From Podarcis bocagei (Eukaryota), in NCBI GenBank assembly GCA_964188305.1, contig OZ076886.1: a stretch of 64,000 bases of DNA; one strand, written 5' to 3'. Under the pieces are notes generated by a model, which worked only from the letters and a program-made list of their open reading frames with translations, did not search any database and was not told the DNA's origin. This document shows, in pieces, positions 37,881-49,522 of the stretch (positions are counted from its first letter, which is position 1; each line of letters opens with the position of its first letter). A program made the translations under genes and the position numbers.

Positions 37881-39615
37881 GCACCTGGGGGGGAAATAAA
37901 ATTTTCCCCCCTTTATTTCCCCCCAAAAAACTAGGTGCGTCTTATGGGCCGGTGCGTCTTATGGGGCGAAAAATACGGTACTTTTACAAATATGTGTGCT
38001 TAAGAGGATGGCCCTGATTCAGAAATCATATATATTCCCTTCACCACATATTTGGGGGGAGGGGAGAGAGGGGGGGGGAGAATGTCTCAGAGCATGGAAT
38101 GCAGTTTAAACAATACAGAAATCCCAGCCTCTCAGTTCTTTCCACATTTTAGCAATACTTCCACCTGTCAAACCACCACTTGACATCTCTTTTAACTAGC
38201 CTCTTAACCGCAATGCTATTATACTCCAATTTAGTATTACTTTAGCAATTAAGATGTAAAAAGCAGCACAAATCCAGGTCACTGCTGCTAAGCCCATCTA
38301 TATACCAAATGCCAAGGAAAGGGAAAATACCAGTGAGATTACTGAGAGAAAAATCCTTCAAAGTGCTTGAAGAAAAGGATTGTAATCTAAGGTCCGTACA
38401 TTCTGCCAAAAAGCAACAACAACAACTCCAAAAAGAGCTGATTTCAGTGTGACTACACACCAGCTCTAAGATGGAATACAGAAATTCTGTTAACTTCAAA
38501 TGCCACTTTTAAAATACATTTTGACATCATTGGGACCTTTCTATATTCTATTCCAGTTCTGTAAGTGCCCTTTCTAAAAGTAGCCACCGCCCCAAGAGGT
38601 TGGTATCAGCAGACCTGAGGCAACCCTGATGTTTGACGCAGTACAGAAGAATTTTTATGTTGTGAAGGGCCCTGTGATCTGGCGATGATGAGTGGGATGG
38701 TATACAAATTTACGGTAATCAGTAAAATTTATTAATAAAGGTAGGAAACCTCTTCCTCCACCACAAAAAAGGTAGCCCAATGTGTACTGAACGTGCTTAG
38801 TTAGTTGGGATGATGGCTGATTTTGGGGGGCAGGGAAATGGAGAAGCTGGGAAAGGAGGTCAAAGGAAGGGACTTGTAGATTCATTCCCTCTTGCCAGTG
38901 AGCACCCACCATTCCCTGGCTCTCTCAACAGCTGACACCATCCATTCTCTCACCCTGGACAGATTCCTGCATGTAAAGGGAAAGTATTGAAGGAACCTCC
39001 CAAACACGCTTGAAACATTTTGTTGTGGGGCCCCACTTGTTGAATTATTGCCAGTCAATTATTACGAGAGAATTCCAAAGTTATCTAAGTTCTAGCAAGT
39101 CAGGATAGTGGAGTTTCCAGCAGTTGTCCATTGGAACTTGACCTTCATTCTACAAGCTGGGGAGGTAGGTGGGGGAATTCAAAAGAGAAATCCAGAGAGA
39201 CAGGGTTTGTGCTATAACATAGTTGCAGTGATGAATTAATGCACCATAGAGAATATTGTTCTAGGTGTTTGGGGAGGGAGCAGAGAGAAAAAAGAAATAA
39301 TGATGATCACTTTAAAGTTCATTTTTTCTTTGCAAAATTGCCTACAGGCTAATTCCATTATTAAACATGACTGAGTAGCTTTAATATGTTAATGATAGAT
39401 TCATGTCACAGCAACCTATTTCAATAATTGGGTTTCTTTCAGCTCTCTATTGACTAATGGCACACTTATAGCAATTATTAAAATCTGTCAGAGAAGGGGG
39501 GTAACGTTCTCTCACCTCCCCATTCTTCTGACCACGTCTTTCTGTTCCCAGCTCCTTGCTTGCATCCGAATGGGAATGGAGCATAGTGCTTAGGAACAGA
39601 GGAAGCTGCCTTACA

Positions 39616-39864
39616 CAGTGGTACCTCGGGTTACAGACGCTTCAGGTTACAGACACTTCAGGTTACAGACTCCGCTAACCCAGAAATATTACCTCGGGTT
39701 AAGAACTTTGCTTCAGGATGAGAACAGAAATCAGGCTCCGACGGTGCAGCGACAGCAGGAGGCCCCCATTAGCTAAAGTGGTGTTTCAGGTTAAGAACAG
39801 TCTCAGGTTAAGAATGGACCTTTGGAACGAATTACCGGTAAGTTCTTAACCTGAGGTACCACTG
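39616..39864. mobile_element. Tigger-like MITE inserted in a Squam3-like SINE (~39590-40010, minus)
   Basis: CAGTGGTACCTC TIRs; flanks GGAAGCTGCCTT and CAGAGTCAGACCATTG rejoin into the SINE tail. Confidence 0.9.
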
Positions 39865-40336
39865 TACAGAGTCAGACCATTGCTCCATCTACACTGACCA
39901 GCAGAGGCACTCTGAGTTTCAGACAGAGTTCTCTCCCAGCCCTACCTGGAGATGCCAGGGATTGAATCTGGGGCCTTCTGCATTCAAAGCGCCAAACCTG
40001 TGGCCCTTCCCTTGCTTGGATTGGCAGACTAAGGTAGTAAGGTGAAAAAGGGAGAAGCTTTAGCAAGCATGGGGGTGGGGGTGGTGAAAGGATGAAGTAA
40101 TTCTCCATGCAATCCTTTTACTTTTAAAGTAAAACACACATCTGCTTTGCATATGAATGAGATAGATATGTGAATAAAGGCCCATCACTTTGTGTTTGGT
40201 CATTAAATGCTGCAAACGAAAGCTCTCTAATGAATTAAGTCACCTGCAGTGAATGCTGTGGCTGGTGGAGCAATGGATTCCATTGCTGAGATGGATTCTT
40301 ACTGTAGCAGGATAGAAGTTACCAAACACTCTTAAG

Positions 40337-40592
40337 CAGGGGTCAGCAACCTTTTTCAGCCGTAGGCCGGTCCACTGTCCCTCAGACCATGTGGTGGGCC
40401 GGACTATATTTTTTTTTGGGGGGGGGGAATGAACAAATTCCTATGCCCCACAAATAACCCAGAGGTGCATTTTAAATAAAAGGACACATTCTACTCATGT
40501 AAAAACATGCAGACTCCAGGACCGTCTGTGGGCCAGATTGAGAAGGCGATTGGGCTGCATCCGGCCCACGGGCCTTAGGTTGCCTACCCATG
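40337..40592. mobile_element. hAT-Charlie (MER30-like) MITE
   Basis: CAGGGGTCAGCAACCT / AGGTTGCCTACCCATG TIRs; perfect 8-bp TSD CTCTTAAG (40329-40336, 40593-40600). Confidence 0.9.
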
Positions 40593-42321
40593 CTCTTAAG
40601 GGTATGTTCATATCAGCAGCTTTAAACATAGCCAAGTCATTTTCTTCCACTGCGTTTCAACCTACATATGTGTGGTATTATACATATCGGAGAGGGAGAA
40701 GGCATGTTTTGTTATCCAACAATGCATCACCTTTTTGGCCCCCCCCCACACCCCTTCCCACAACAACTATTCAGGAAACTGTCATATATGCGTGTGCTCT
40801 GCCTCAAATGTTTACACAATTCTTAAGTACAAAGTGAATATGGCTTAGGTTTTCTAGTCAGGTTGAAGATAGCTTGATAAAAAATGCATCAAGCAGTAAT
40901 ATTTGTCAAGAAATTACATTCTCGATATGGATTGTGGCTAACGTCGTGTGAATGTAACTTTGAAAACTAGCAGTGGGAGCACACTGGATCCAGAGTAATG
41001 ATATTGTGAACATACCCTTAATTAAACATCCTGGGGTGCTAATCCATTATTTAGATTTGAGCACTATAGACTGGCTGACTCCAAAGCAGAATGGCCAAAG
41101 TCATTAATCCTATTTCCTGTTTCTCATTCAGGGGAAATTGTCTATTGACTATGTCTTTTTGACAAGACAAAGCCCTGCTTTTCACTTAATTCCTATACTT
41201 CCCTTTTATAATATCAGAAATGACAGTTACAAGTTGCGAGTGATAAACATCTCCAAGTTTCAGAGTATATATTGGAAACGGATAAGGCTATGAACTACTT
41301 AACTACTATGAGCTACTTAATTGTTATGAGCATAAGTGCAGCAGAAGGCGATAGATATTAAGGTTGCAAACTGTAATTAATTTGATCAGTAGATCAATCA
41401 ACTGGAGCCTGGATGTCAGATTAAAATTTGGTCCCTGTTTAATCAGTGGGGTTGAGATTAAAGGTCAGAGAGTCATTCAGGCTGCACAGTTGCACCAGCA
41501 CCTCCTCCTCATAGTAAATTTTATTAAACAGAAGCATAAAAGCTAGATATGAAAGATAAAAAAATTCAGAAGAAGCAGAAAGGAAAACACTGAAAGTGGA
41601 ATTGTACATATGGCTTGCTTGCTTTTTATAAAAGAGTTCCTTATTAAACCACTCTAGAAACTATAGCTCTGTCAACTCCTAACAACTCTCAGGACCCTTA
41701 ACAAACTACATTTCCCATAATTCTTTGGGGGGAGCCATGGTTGTCAAAGTGGTATAACAGGGCTTTAAATGTATGTTGTGGATGTGGTCCTAGCACTAAC
41801 AACCACAGAAGTAGCTGAAGGTGACCATTTTCAGAAAGGTGGCCATGTTAGTTTTTTGCAGTAAAAATAACAGTCTTGTCTTGTGGCACCTTAACAAATT
41901 CACTATGCCATACGGAGAAGTGTTGCTTCTGTGGTAAAGTTTTTATTGTAAGGCTGTTACAAAGGTTTTGGTACTGAGTTGGATGCAAAGGGTTAACCCT
42001 AATGTAAAGTGATGTGCTGTCTGCTGGGAGCTATATGTGTCAGCAGGAGGCCAGAAGGTCACCTGAGTGACTGCTAAATTGACATTTGTAATAGTGTGTC
42101 AAATGAAAGTTGGCTGTGGGAGTGAGGTTTTATGTCTATATATACGGAAGCAAGGCATTAAACTGTAATGAGTAGATGGACTGATGGTCAGTTTCCTACC
42201 ATATACCTATGAAATGAATTTTTGAAATGCAAAGCATGTGTCACACCACTGAGTAATGGTCCTTGTCTGAGATGCTAATCTGGTTTCACATGGGCGCATC
42301 TGAGCTTCATCTCGGATAGCT

Positions 42322-42735
42322 GCAGGATAGCTCAGTTGGTAGAGCATGAGTTGCTCTGCCCCAGCTCCTGCCAACCAAGCAGCTTGAAAGCACACCGGTG
42401 CAAGTAGATAAATAGGTACCGCTGTGGCGGGAAGATAAATGGTGTTTCCATGCGTTCTGGCTTCCGTCATGGTGTTCCATTGTGCCAGAAGCGGTTTAGT
42501 CATGCTGGCCACATGACCTGGAAAGCTGTCTGTGGACAAACGCTGGCTCCCTTGGCCTGAAAGCAAGATGAGCGCTGCAACCCCATAGTTGCCTTTGACT
42601 GGACTTAACCGTCCAGAGGTCCTTTACCTTTTTTACCATTAGAGCATGAGACTCTTTGTATTGGACAAAAAGATTCCTGCATTGCAGGGGATTGGACCCT
42701 AGTCATCATTTTAAACTCTACAATTCTATGATTCT
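42322..42735 (+). mobile_element. tRNA-Lys/CR1-tail SINE interrupted by a Sauria SINE
   Basis: Head GGATAGCTCAGTTGGTAGAGCATGAG resumes after 42640 and ends CTACAATTCTATGATTCT. Confidence 0.85.
42351..42639 (+). mobile_element. 5'-truncated Sauria SINE
   Basis: CCTTTACCTT tail; 11-bp TSD TAGAGCATGAG (42340-42350, 42640-42650). Confidence 0.92.
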
Positions 42736-44204
42736 AATATCCGAGCTCCAAATAGGCTGGCCAAAATTTAGGGACAGGTGATTTCTAGAGGTGTGTGTGT
42801 GTATATATACACGCGCCTGTCTTTTTTATCATGAACCCTTTCTGTGAAGAGCCAAGTTTAGACAGGAAAATATCCTTTTATTGTGTCTAATGTTTATTTT
42901 TGTATTAGCACTCATTATTTTGTTAAACATTTTTGGTCTCTTGGGTTAGCTGCTGAATAAAATATTATTAAGCAAAACAGGCTATGTTTTGGAACACAAG
43001 AGAATTTATTATTCAGAACATCTAAAATTACACTGCAGTTGTTTGCATAGTTATCTGAAATGAGCTTCTGTGGGGAAAAGGTCCTGTAGTCTGTGTAAAA
43101 TTAATCTAAAATGAAGCATATTTAATATGAAAAGTATTCCCAGTTTGTTGTTTTCTATTATAAAAAATTAAGTTTTCAAAATAATATAATTGTATTTAAG
43201 ATTATATCTAGCTGCAGAACACGTGAGACAATGAAAATTACCTGTATCAAAAGTTTTGTTGAAAGCAATTAATGGTAGCATTGGCATACGCTAAGATCAA
43301 GTTTAGGTCCAGTTATCTAATTGTCTTTATTTACAGCCATTAGAAATACTTCAAAACAAAGACTGAAGCCTTAGGAGTTGATGCACACATTATGACTTAG
43401 GTGTACACATAAGATGACTTAGGCACAAGTCCTACGTGTCATAAATGTATTCTTCAAAGTACTGGTATGTTGTGAATATAGAAAACACAAGTATCAGAAC
43501 AGCCACAATCGTGACTGGTTGCAGCTCACATTTCGAGTGGAAAATCTCATTTGCCCTGAATTATATGTGCATATGTCCGAAGCCTTTGTTCTTTGAGACA
43601 AGTTAGTCTGGCTCAAGTCTCTGTTTCAAATCCTGGACCACTTTTTTGTGTAGGGAGAAATTCCAAGAGCAGAACAGTAAAAAGTCTGGTATTTCATAAG
43701 AATTAGCCCTTTTCACAGCTCCCATAGCCTGGGTCAGCATCTTCACTGAGCTATCCACTTCAAGGTCTCATTTCAGATATACATTCAGACCCCATGAATG
43801 TATATGTGAAATTGGCTGTTTAATGCCTTAGGCTGGCCCGGGCACTCTGTATGTAGTACTGGACAGGGGAGCAAAACTCAGTCCAAAGGCTCCCCTCTTC
43901 TGCAGCAAGTAATTTATGCTAATTATGGATTCAGCATGTTAAGGCGTAAGAGAGGGAAAACCTGTGAACATACAGCACACAGGGTATAAACCAGATGACT
44001 ACAAAGTAAACACAATATGCCATCAGTAACAGAGTTGGATCCCGTTTCTGACTTAACATAAGGCTATGCAATGGATTGCCAAGCACTGTAGGCCAGATAT
44101 CTAATCAACTTCTGTAATGAATGATAAGATCATGACTGTACTAAAGCGAAAAGCAAAATAAAAAGATGAAACAATTGGTGCAGGTCCATGAAGTAAAAAA
44201 TATA

Positions 44205-44418
44205 CAGTCATACCTCGGGTTACAGACACTTCAGGTTGCGCATTTTCAGGTTGCGCACCGCTCTGAACCCAGAAGAACCGGAACAGGTTACTTCCGGGTT
44301 TTGGCGCTCGCGCATGCGCAGAACCACAAAATCACAATCCACGCGTGCGCATACACGGTGCTGCGGGTTGCAAACGTGCCTCCCGCACGGATCACGTTCG
44401 CAACCCGAGCGCCCACTG
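44205..44418. mobile_element. Tigger-like MITE with imperfect TIRs
   Basis: TA-CAGTCATACCTCGGGTT...AACCCGAGCGCCCACTG-TA. Confidence 0.82.
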
Positions 44419-44892
44419 TATATGGAAAAGCCAGCTATAGGAGACGAGAAACCTACAATTCCAGACGTTTTGGATCCAAGAACACACTTCTGAGACTATC
44501 TGTTACTATAAATCCCATTCTGTTTTCATTTTTGCCACTTGCCAACTGGCAACAGTTAATTACCGTAAGTGGGAGCTTATCCTGTCCTTTTATCTCCCTT
44601 TTTCTGGCATTGGTTTGCAGGTGCTGCTCTTTCCCTAAATTGCAAACTCATCCCTGATATAATTCATTTCTTTATGATACACACCCTGTTCTTTCCATTT
44701 CCTAGTAAGCAAATTAGTGCTTACAGTGGTTGAAATGCAATGCTGGGGTTGAAATGTGAATTGTCTCTAGGTCAACAGCTGTAATGACTGTTTGGAACTT
44801 CCTAGCAACTCCCTCCGCTTCACCATGCTACACAGATAAAATACTTCCCCTTTGCCCTTTCTCCTAAAGAAAACTTTGACTTCTCTCTTCAG

Positions 44893-45004
44893 CCTGTGGC
44901 TACCTCTGGTGCTTCATCACTGCTGTGAAGAAGAAGAAGAAGAGGTCTGAACAGCAGCAGCAGCAGAGCACCAAAACCATTCCTCCCTTTCCCTTGGGAG
45001 CAGG
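44893..45004 (+). other. Candidate spliced exon (112 nt)
   Basis: Acceptor TTGACTTCTCTCTTCAG|, donor AGG|GTGAGT, internal (GAA)n enhancer-like tract. Confidence 0.3.
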
Positions 45005-47109
45005 GTGAGTTAACAGAGTTGCAGATTAAGATGATAAATGGCCTGGAAAAGCATCTCTTCTAAATAAACAAATAGATGCATTCAAACCCTCCTCTTCCAC
45101 GCATCTAAAATGGCTTGCAAAATATACTTATGGGAGCAGCAGTACCACAGATCGAATGTGCTAGGAACATAGGAAGCTATCTCATGTGGAGTCAAACCAT
45201 TGATCCCTCTAGCTCAGCACTCTCCATACTGATGGTCAAATCTGTCCCTTGAACGAAAAGGGTTGTTAACAGTAGGAGCTCTTTTTATTTCCAGCTATTT
45301 TTCTCTCGGGTATTTTCATAGGCTTTCCACACAAGTATACTGTATATCTCTGACTAATATTCCATTGAATGGGTTTAATCGTTTTTATGTTTCCTTATGC
45401 GAAAGACAAACACCGCATGTGCAATGTACAGGCAAGCTGATTCAATTTATCTCACTACCAATCAATACCTAGGGAGACACTACAGCTCATGCTCATTTGG
45501 CCTCATCCACTGATGCTTAGATACAATAAATCAGATAGCTGTACACCACATATTTATTCCATTAATACACAGTTCATGGTGACCAAGCCAGAAACCATCC
45601 ATTGATTGATTTCAGGCTCTGCTGGATGTCACAACATATCTGCACACCTCATAAAAAGCCCTATAAAGCCATTGTATTAAAGTGGTACATTTCCATTGCC
45701 ATAAAGCGATGTCATTTCTTCCTTAATAAAAAGAAAGGAAGAAACCCTAATTCAGCAGGTTATAACTCAGGTGTAAAAATTCTCTCTGGGCTAAAACTTG
45801 GCATGACATGATTTCAAGGAGAAAGCTGGGCATAAATTTTGAAATGTTCCATCTGTTGCATATAAGGTTCTGCTGCTGTTGTTCTTGTTGCACATCCTAC
45901 TATCATAGTGGAACCAACCTCGGAAAGCTTTCGGCAAAGCTTTATTTTATTTTATTTTTGGTAGAACTGACTTTAGATTGGTGTTAGTTTGTTGTAGCAA
46001 AAACACACACAAAAACTAGCACACAGGGAGTCTTAAGATTAACCATAACACAGTAATTGTAGCATAGGTTTTCATGAACCACTTTATGAGATCCATGAGG
46101 TGTTATCCCAAACTGGCAGGTTTTCACACAGTTCAGAAGAAAGTGAAGTGGAGTGTGGTAAGAGGAATCCAAAAGAAAACAGGAATAAAAAGTGATAATG
46201 ACATAAAAGCAAAGATGTTACAGTGACAATTGACATGGCATTATTGGTGACAGCACTGACATCCTGCCACCAGTCAGCTAATTAACACATACAAAGTGAT
46301 AAAAAATCATAATCACAATTTAAGTCACAGATGGTAGAACTAAATTTCCTGATAAAATGTAACTCAGCAGTTTTGTGCTGGTCTCTCCCTTTGAGGTTCA
46401 TTTGTTCAACAATAGCCACTGTAGAATCAGTAACAGCGTGTTCTGGAAAGTTGCAACTGGCTTCTGAATGTTGCCATTTCTGATGACAGATTTGTGTCCA
46501 TTTGTGAGCCCAAAAAAGAGACAGGCACAGGGTTGGGTTTAAATTACCCACAACTTTATTAAAGAGTTAAATTTATTTAAAGTCAGCCTTAATAAATCCA
46601 AACCAGTGATGGATGGGAGACCTAAACTGCGAACAACCTGGAATCTGTCATGGCTGTCCTGGTATATGATGTCCAGTTTTCAAGTCAGAGTTGAACTGCC
46701 CATGAGGTTGGGAAGCCACCATCCCTAGTCAGGAGTGTCATTCCTCAGGTTGCCACATGACCAAATCATGGGGCCAGCACCTCTCCCATGACCTAACCTG
46801 TTGAGAGGTTACAACGATGTTCCTGTGCCCATAACTGCTTTCTAATTGCTGTTGACTCTCCAGTTTAAACCCCAGACTCTGAAACCTTCACCACCAATTC
46901 ACCAGCTGACTTGTGATAACAGGTACAAAACCATCAATGCACTCTTCCCCTCCTCCACCACCCCAGCTTATAGAGTTGCTGTGCAGTTTGACAATTCTGC
47001 TTTGTCAATTGTCCTTGAAACTTCTTCACTTTTTATGTAATTATCACTCTCTATCATTTTTGAACTTTGTTTCCTTTTGACCTTTTTATTCCCCACTGGC
47101 CAATTTAGT

Positions 47110-47205
47110 CTTTACACTTTATGCATCTGATGAAGCGGGATCTGGTTCATGAAAGTTTATGCCATATTAAGTGTATCAGAATGCCACAACACTCTTGGTT
47201 GTTTT
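47110..47205 (+). mobile_element. Penelope-like element terminal-repeat fragment with decayed hammerhead motif
   Basis: ATGCATCTGATGAAG..stemII..GAAAGTTTATGC then GCCACAACACTCTTGGTTG; related minus-strand piece at ~41830-41912. Confidence 0.65.
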
Positions 47206-47734
47206 TTCCCAAGAGCTACTTTCAAAAAAAATATTGAAAACTACATTAAAGTGTTAAAAATTACCTCTCACAAATCAGACTTATTCTCTGAGTTCCTAAA
47301 ATTTCAAAGTTTCATTATTTGAGGCACAAATGATTGGAGCCCAAGGGACAATTTCTTGCTTTGTCCACTACAGCTTATTATGCTAATACAATAGGTTCAC
47401 AATGTTCCAGGTTTGGGGAAGTTTCCATTAAGTGCACTGGAAATTGTGACTCTTCTGATCTAAGTCTCACCCAGTTCTTCATATTATTCCGTTAACAGAA
47501 TACAAACCACAAGTTAGCGTTTGTATGAGCAGAGCTTCATATGATGCCTAAAGGGATCACTGGTTTGGTATACTTTGTAGAATAATATTATGGATGTTTC
47601 TTTATTAGCTTCACAGCCTGCAGAATATTTAACAAATGTGCCGAAACCAGCAGCCGCAACTTCGTATGTTGTGTTTTTGCTGAACATCCCCCAAATTTCA
47701 CATTGCTATAAATCTAATGTCATTCTTCCTGCAG

Positions 47735-47763
47735 GTTGAAAATCCAAGTGTAGCCCCTGGGAG
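47735..47763 (+). other. Candidate 29-nt micro-exon
   Basis: Branch-like CTAAT (47714), acceptor CATTCTTCCTGCAG|G, donor GAG|GTGAGT. Confidence 0.3.
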
Positions 47764-48526
47764 GTGAGTCATTTCCCCAAACTCTTCCACTCTGCTCCAG
47801 CTGCAGCCCTCCCAACCTTTGGTTGCACTTAGTGAAAGAGAGAGATTCATTTAAACAGCTTTAATCACACTCTCCGGGTAATTGAAAAAAATGCAATATA
47901 GGAGAAGTTAAATATTCTTATTCAGTCTCATATGGCAGTTAAATAATGGCATTAGTGATGTAAATATTAATAGCTGGGGAGCAGCTTGAGCAATCTCTAC
48001 TGCATAAATCGCTTAGGTTCGGAAACGGATCGCTATGACCTCTTTTAAGTGACAGAGAGGTAATTTAGAATCTCGCCAATTAATTGTGCACTCATCTAAA
48101 TAGTCTACCGTCATGCAAAATTTGCACCAATCCTGAGCACAGGACAAATTCCAGATAAATATTTCTTTCTTTTTAAAAGTTACATAAATGGGACATACAT
48201 TTGTAACATGAGAAATCAATCTCACATCTGCTGTGTTTATAACAAGCCAGCTTTCAAGTACTTCAGGGATATGATTCATTATATTTTTTAAAAGGCACAC
48301 CCCTGTACTTTTACTACTGAAAGTCTGTATTGTAAGGAAGTTGATTTCCAAACTGGAAGGGCACAATAGATAGATAGCTCAGAAACGTCATTACTCAATT
48401 ATTCCATAAAAAGTCAGCGTCTTCTCAGCCTTGGTGAACCAAAGAGTACACTTGCTCCGAAGTCAGTGACTGTGAACATAGTGGTATTTACTCCTGAGTG
48501 AACTAAACATAGGTTTGGATTTCAAG

Positions 48527-48662
48527 CAGTGCTCTTTTTCCAGAAAAAGAAGTGCTGGAACTCCTCATGAACACTCCCCTCGTTCTCTTAGAATGGCAAT
48601 GGCGCCTACCTGAGAGGTACTGGAACTGAGTTCTGGCAGGTTCCGGCTGAAAAAAAGCTCTG
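48527..48662. mobile_element. hAT MITE (intact copy of the family at 7827-8595)
   Basis: CAGTGCTCTTTTT / AAAAAAAGCTCTG TIRs; 8-bp TSD ATTTCAAG/ACTTCAAG. Confidence 0.85.
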
Positions 48663-49483
48663 ACTTCAAGTATGATGTTGTTATTATACCTGGTGATGAG
48701 GGGGAAATGAGAGGTTCAGTTTATTTGGGGCACCTTCAGAGGAAATAATTTGATTGTTAAAGTACAGGAAAAGCTGTACATGTTTCCTTTTATTCTGCAC
48801 ATTCATAGAATAGGAATATGTATTGCATATTAAGCCATTGGCTTTGCTCTCTTGAACCATGATGCAAAAATCAAAATGGGTTCAGCGAAAAGGGCTGTGC
48901 ATGCTATCCATGTTTGCGTGTGACGGTGCTGTTCCAAATTCATATTGCTACACTGCCCAGCTGAAATAACATGCTGACCAGTGTGAACCAAATGTTCACA
49001 GTGGGCACATTTTTCCTCCTTCTGTTTGCAAATAAGAATCAAATGCAAATAGCAGCACCAGAATCCATCTCTGCCGAAAGGCAGCGTGAGAACATCAGCA
49101 AAGCCTTGACCAAGGTCGTGGATATGGCTTGCACTGAAATTATTATGGAGTGCAGCAAAAAACAAAAACAAAAAACCTTTGCACTTAAAAAAAGTTTACA
49201 TTTTCATGCACACTCTTCCAAGCAGATGAAGTCAGCATAACGCTATTTTTTTATAAAACTTTATGGAGTTACAGCCAATAAATAATACATTGCATATCGT
49301 CTCAGCTTCAGTACATTATTATACATTTATTTTCACATAACTGTTTTCAGCCTTTGACTTCCCTGTTCTAAAATATTAACTCCAGGCATATACTGTATAA
49401 GTGATTGCTTTAAGACTCTGGGGATTAATCAGGCTAATATCAGCGTGAAGTTATGAGAATCTGAAATCACATTTCATACTACT

Positions 49484-49522
<39 letters not shown>

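Larger units (their letters stand above)
36887..37978. mobile_element. Non-autonomous Tc1/mariner element of Tc2 (MER104/Kanga-like TIR) type
   Basis: Perfect 27-bp TIRs CCGTATTTTTCGCCCCATAAGACGCAC (36887-36913 / 37952-37978), TA TSD, extra subterminal GTGCGTCTTATGGG copies at 36947 and 37935. Confidence 0.93.
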
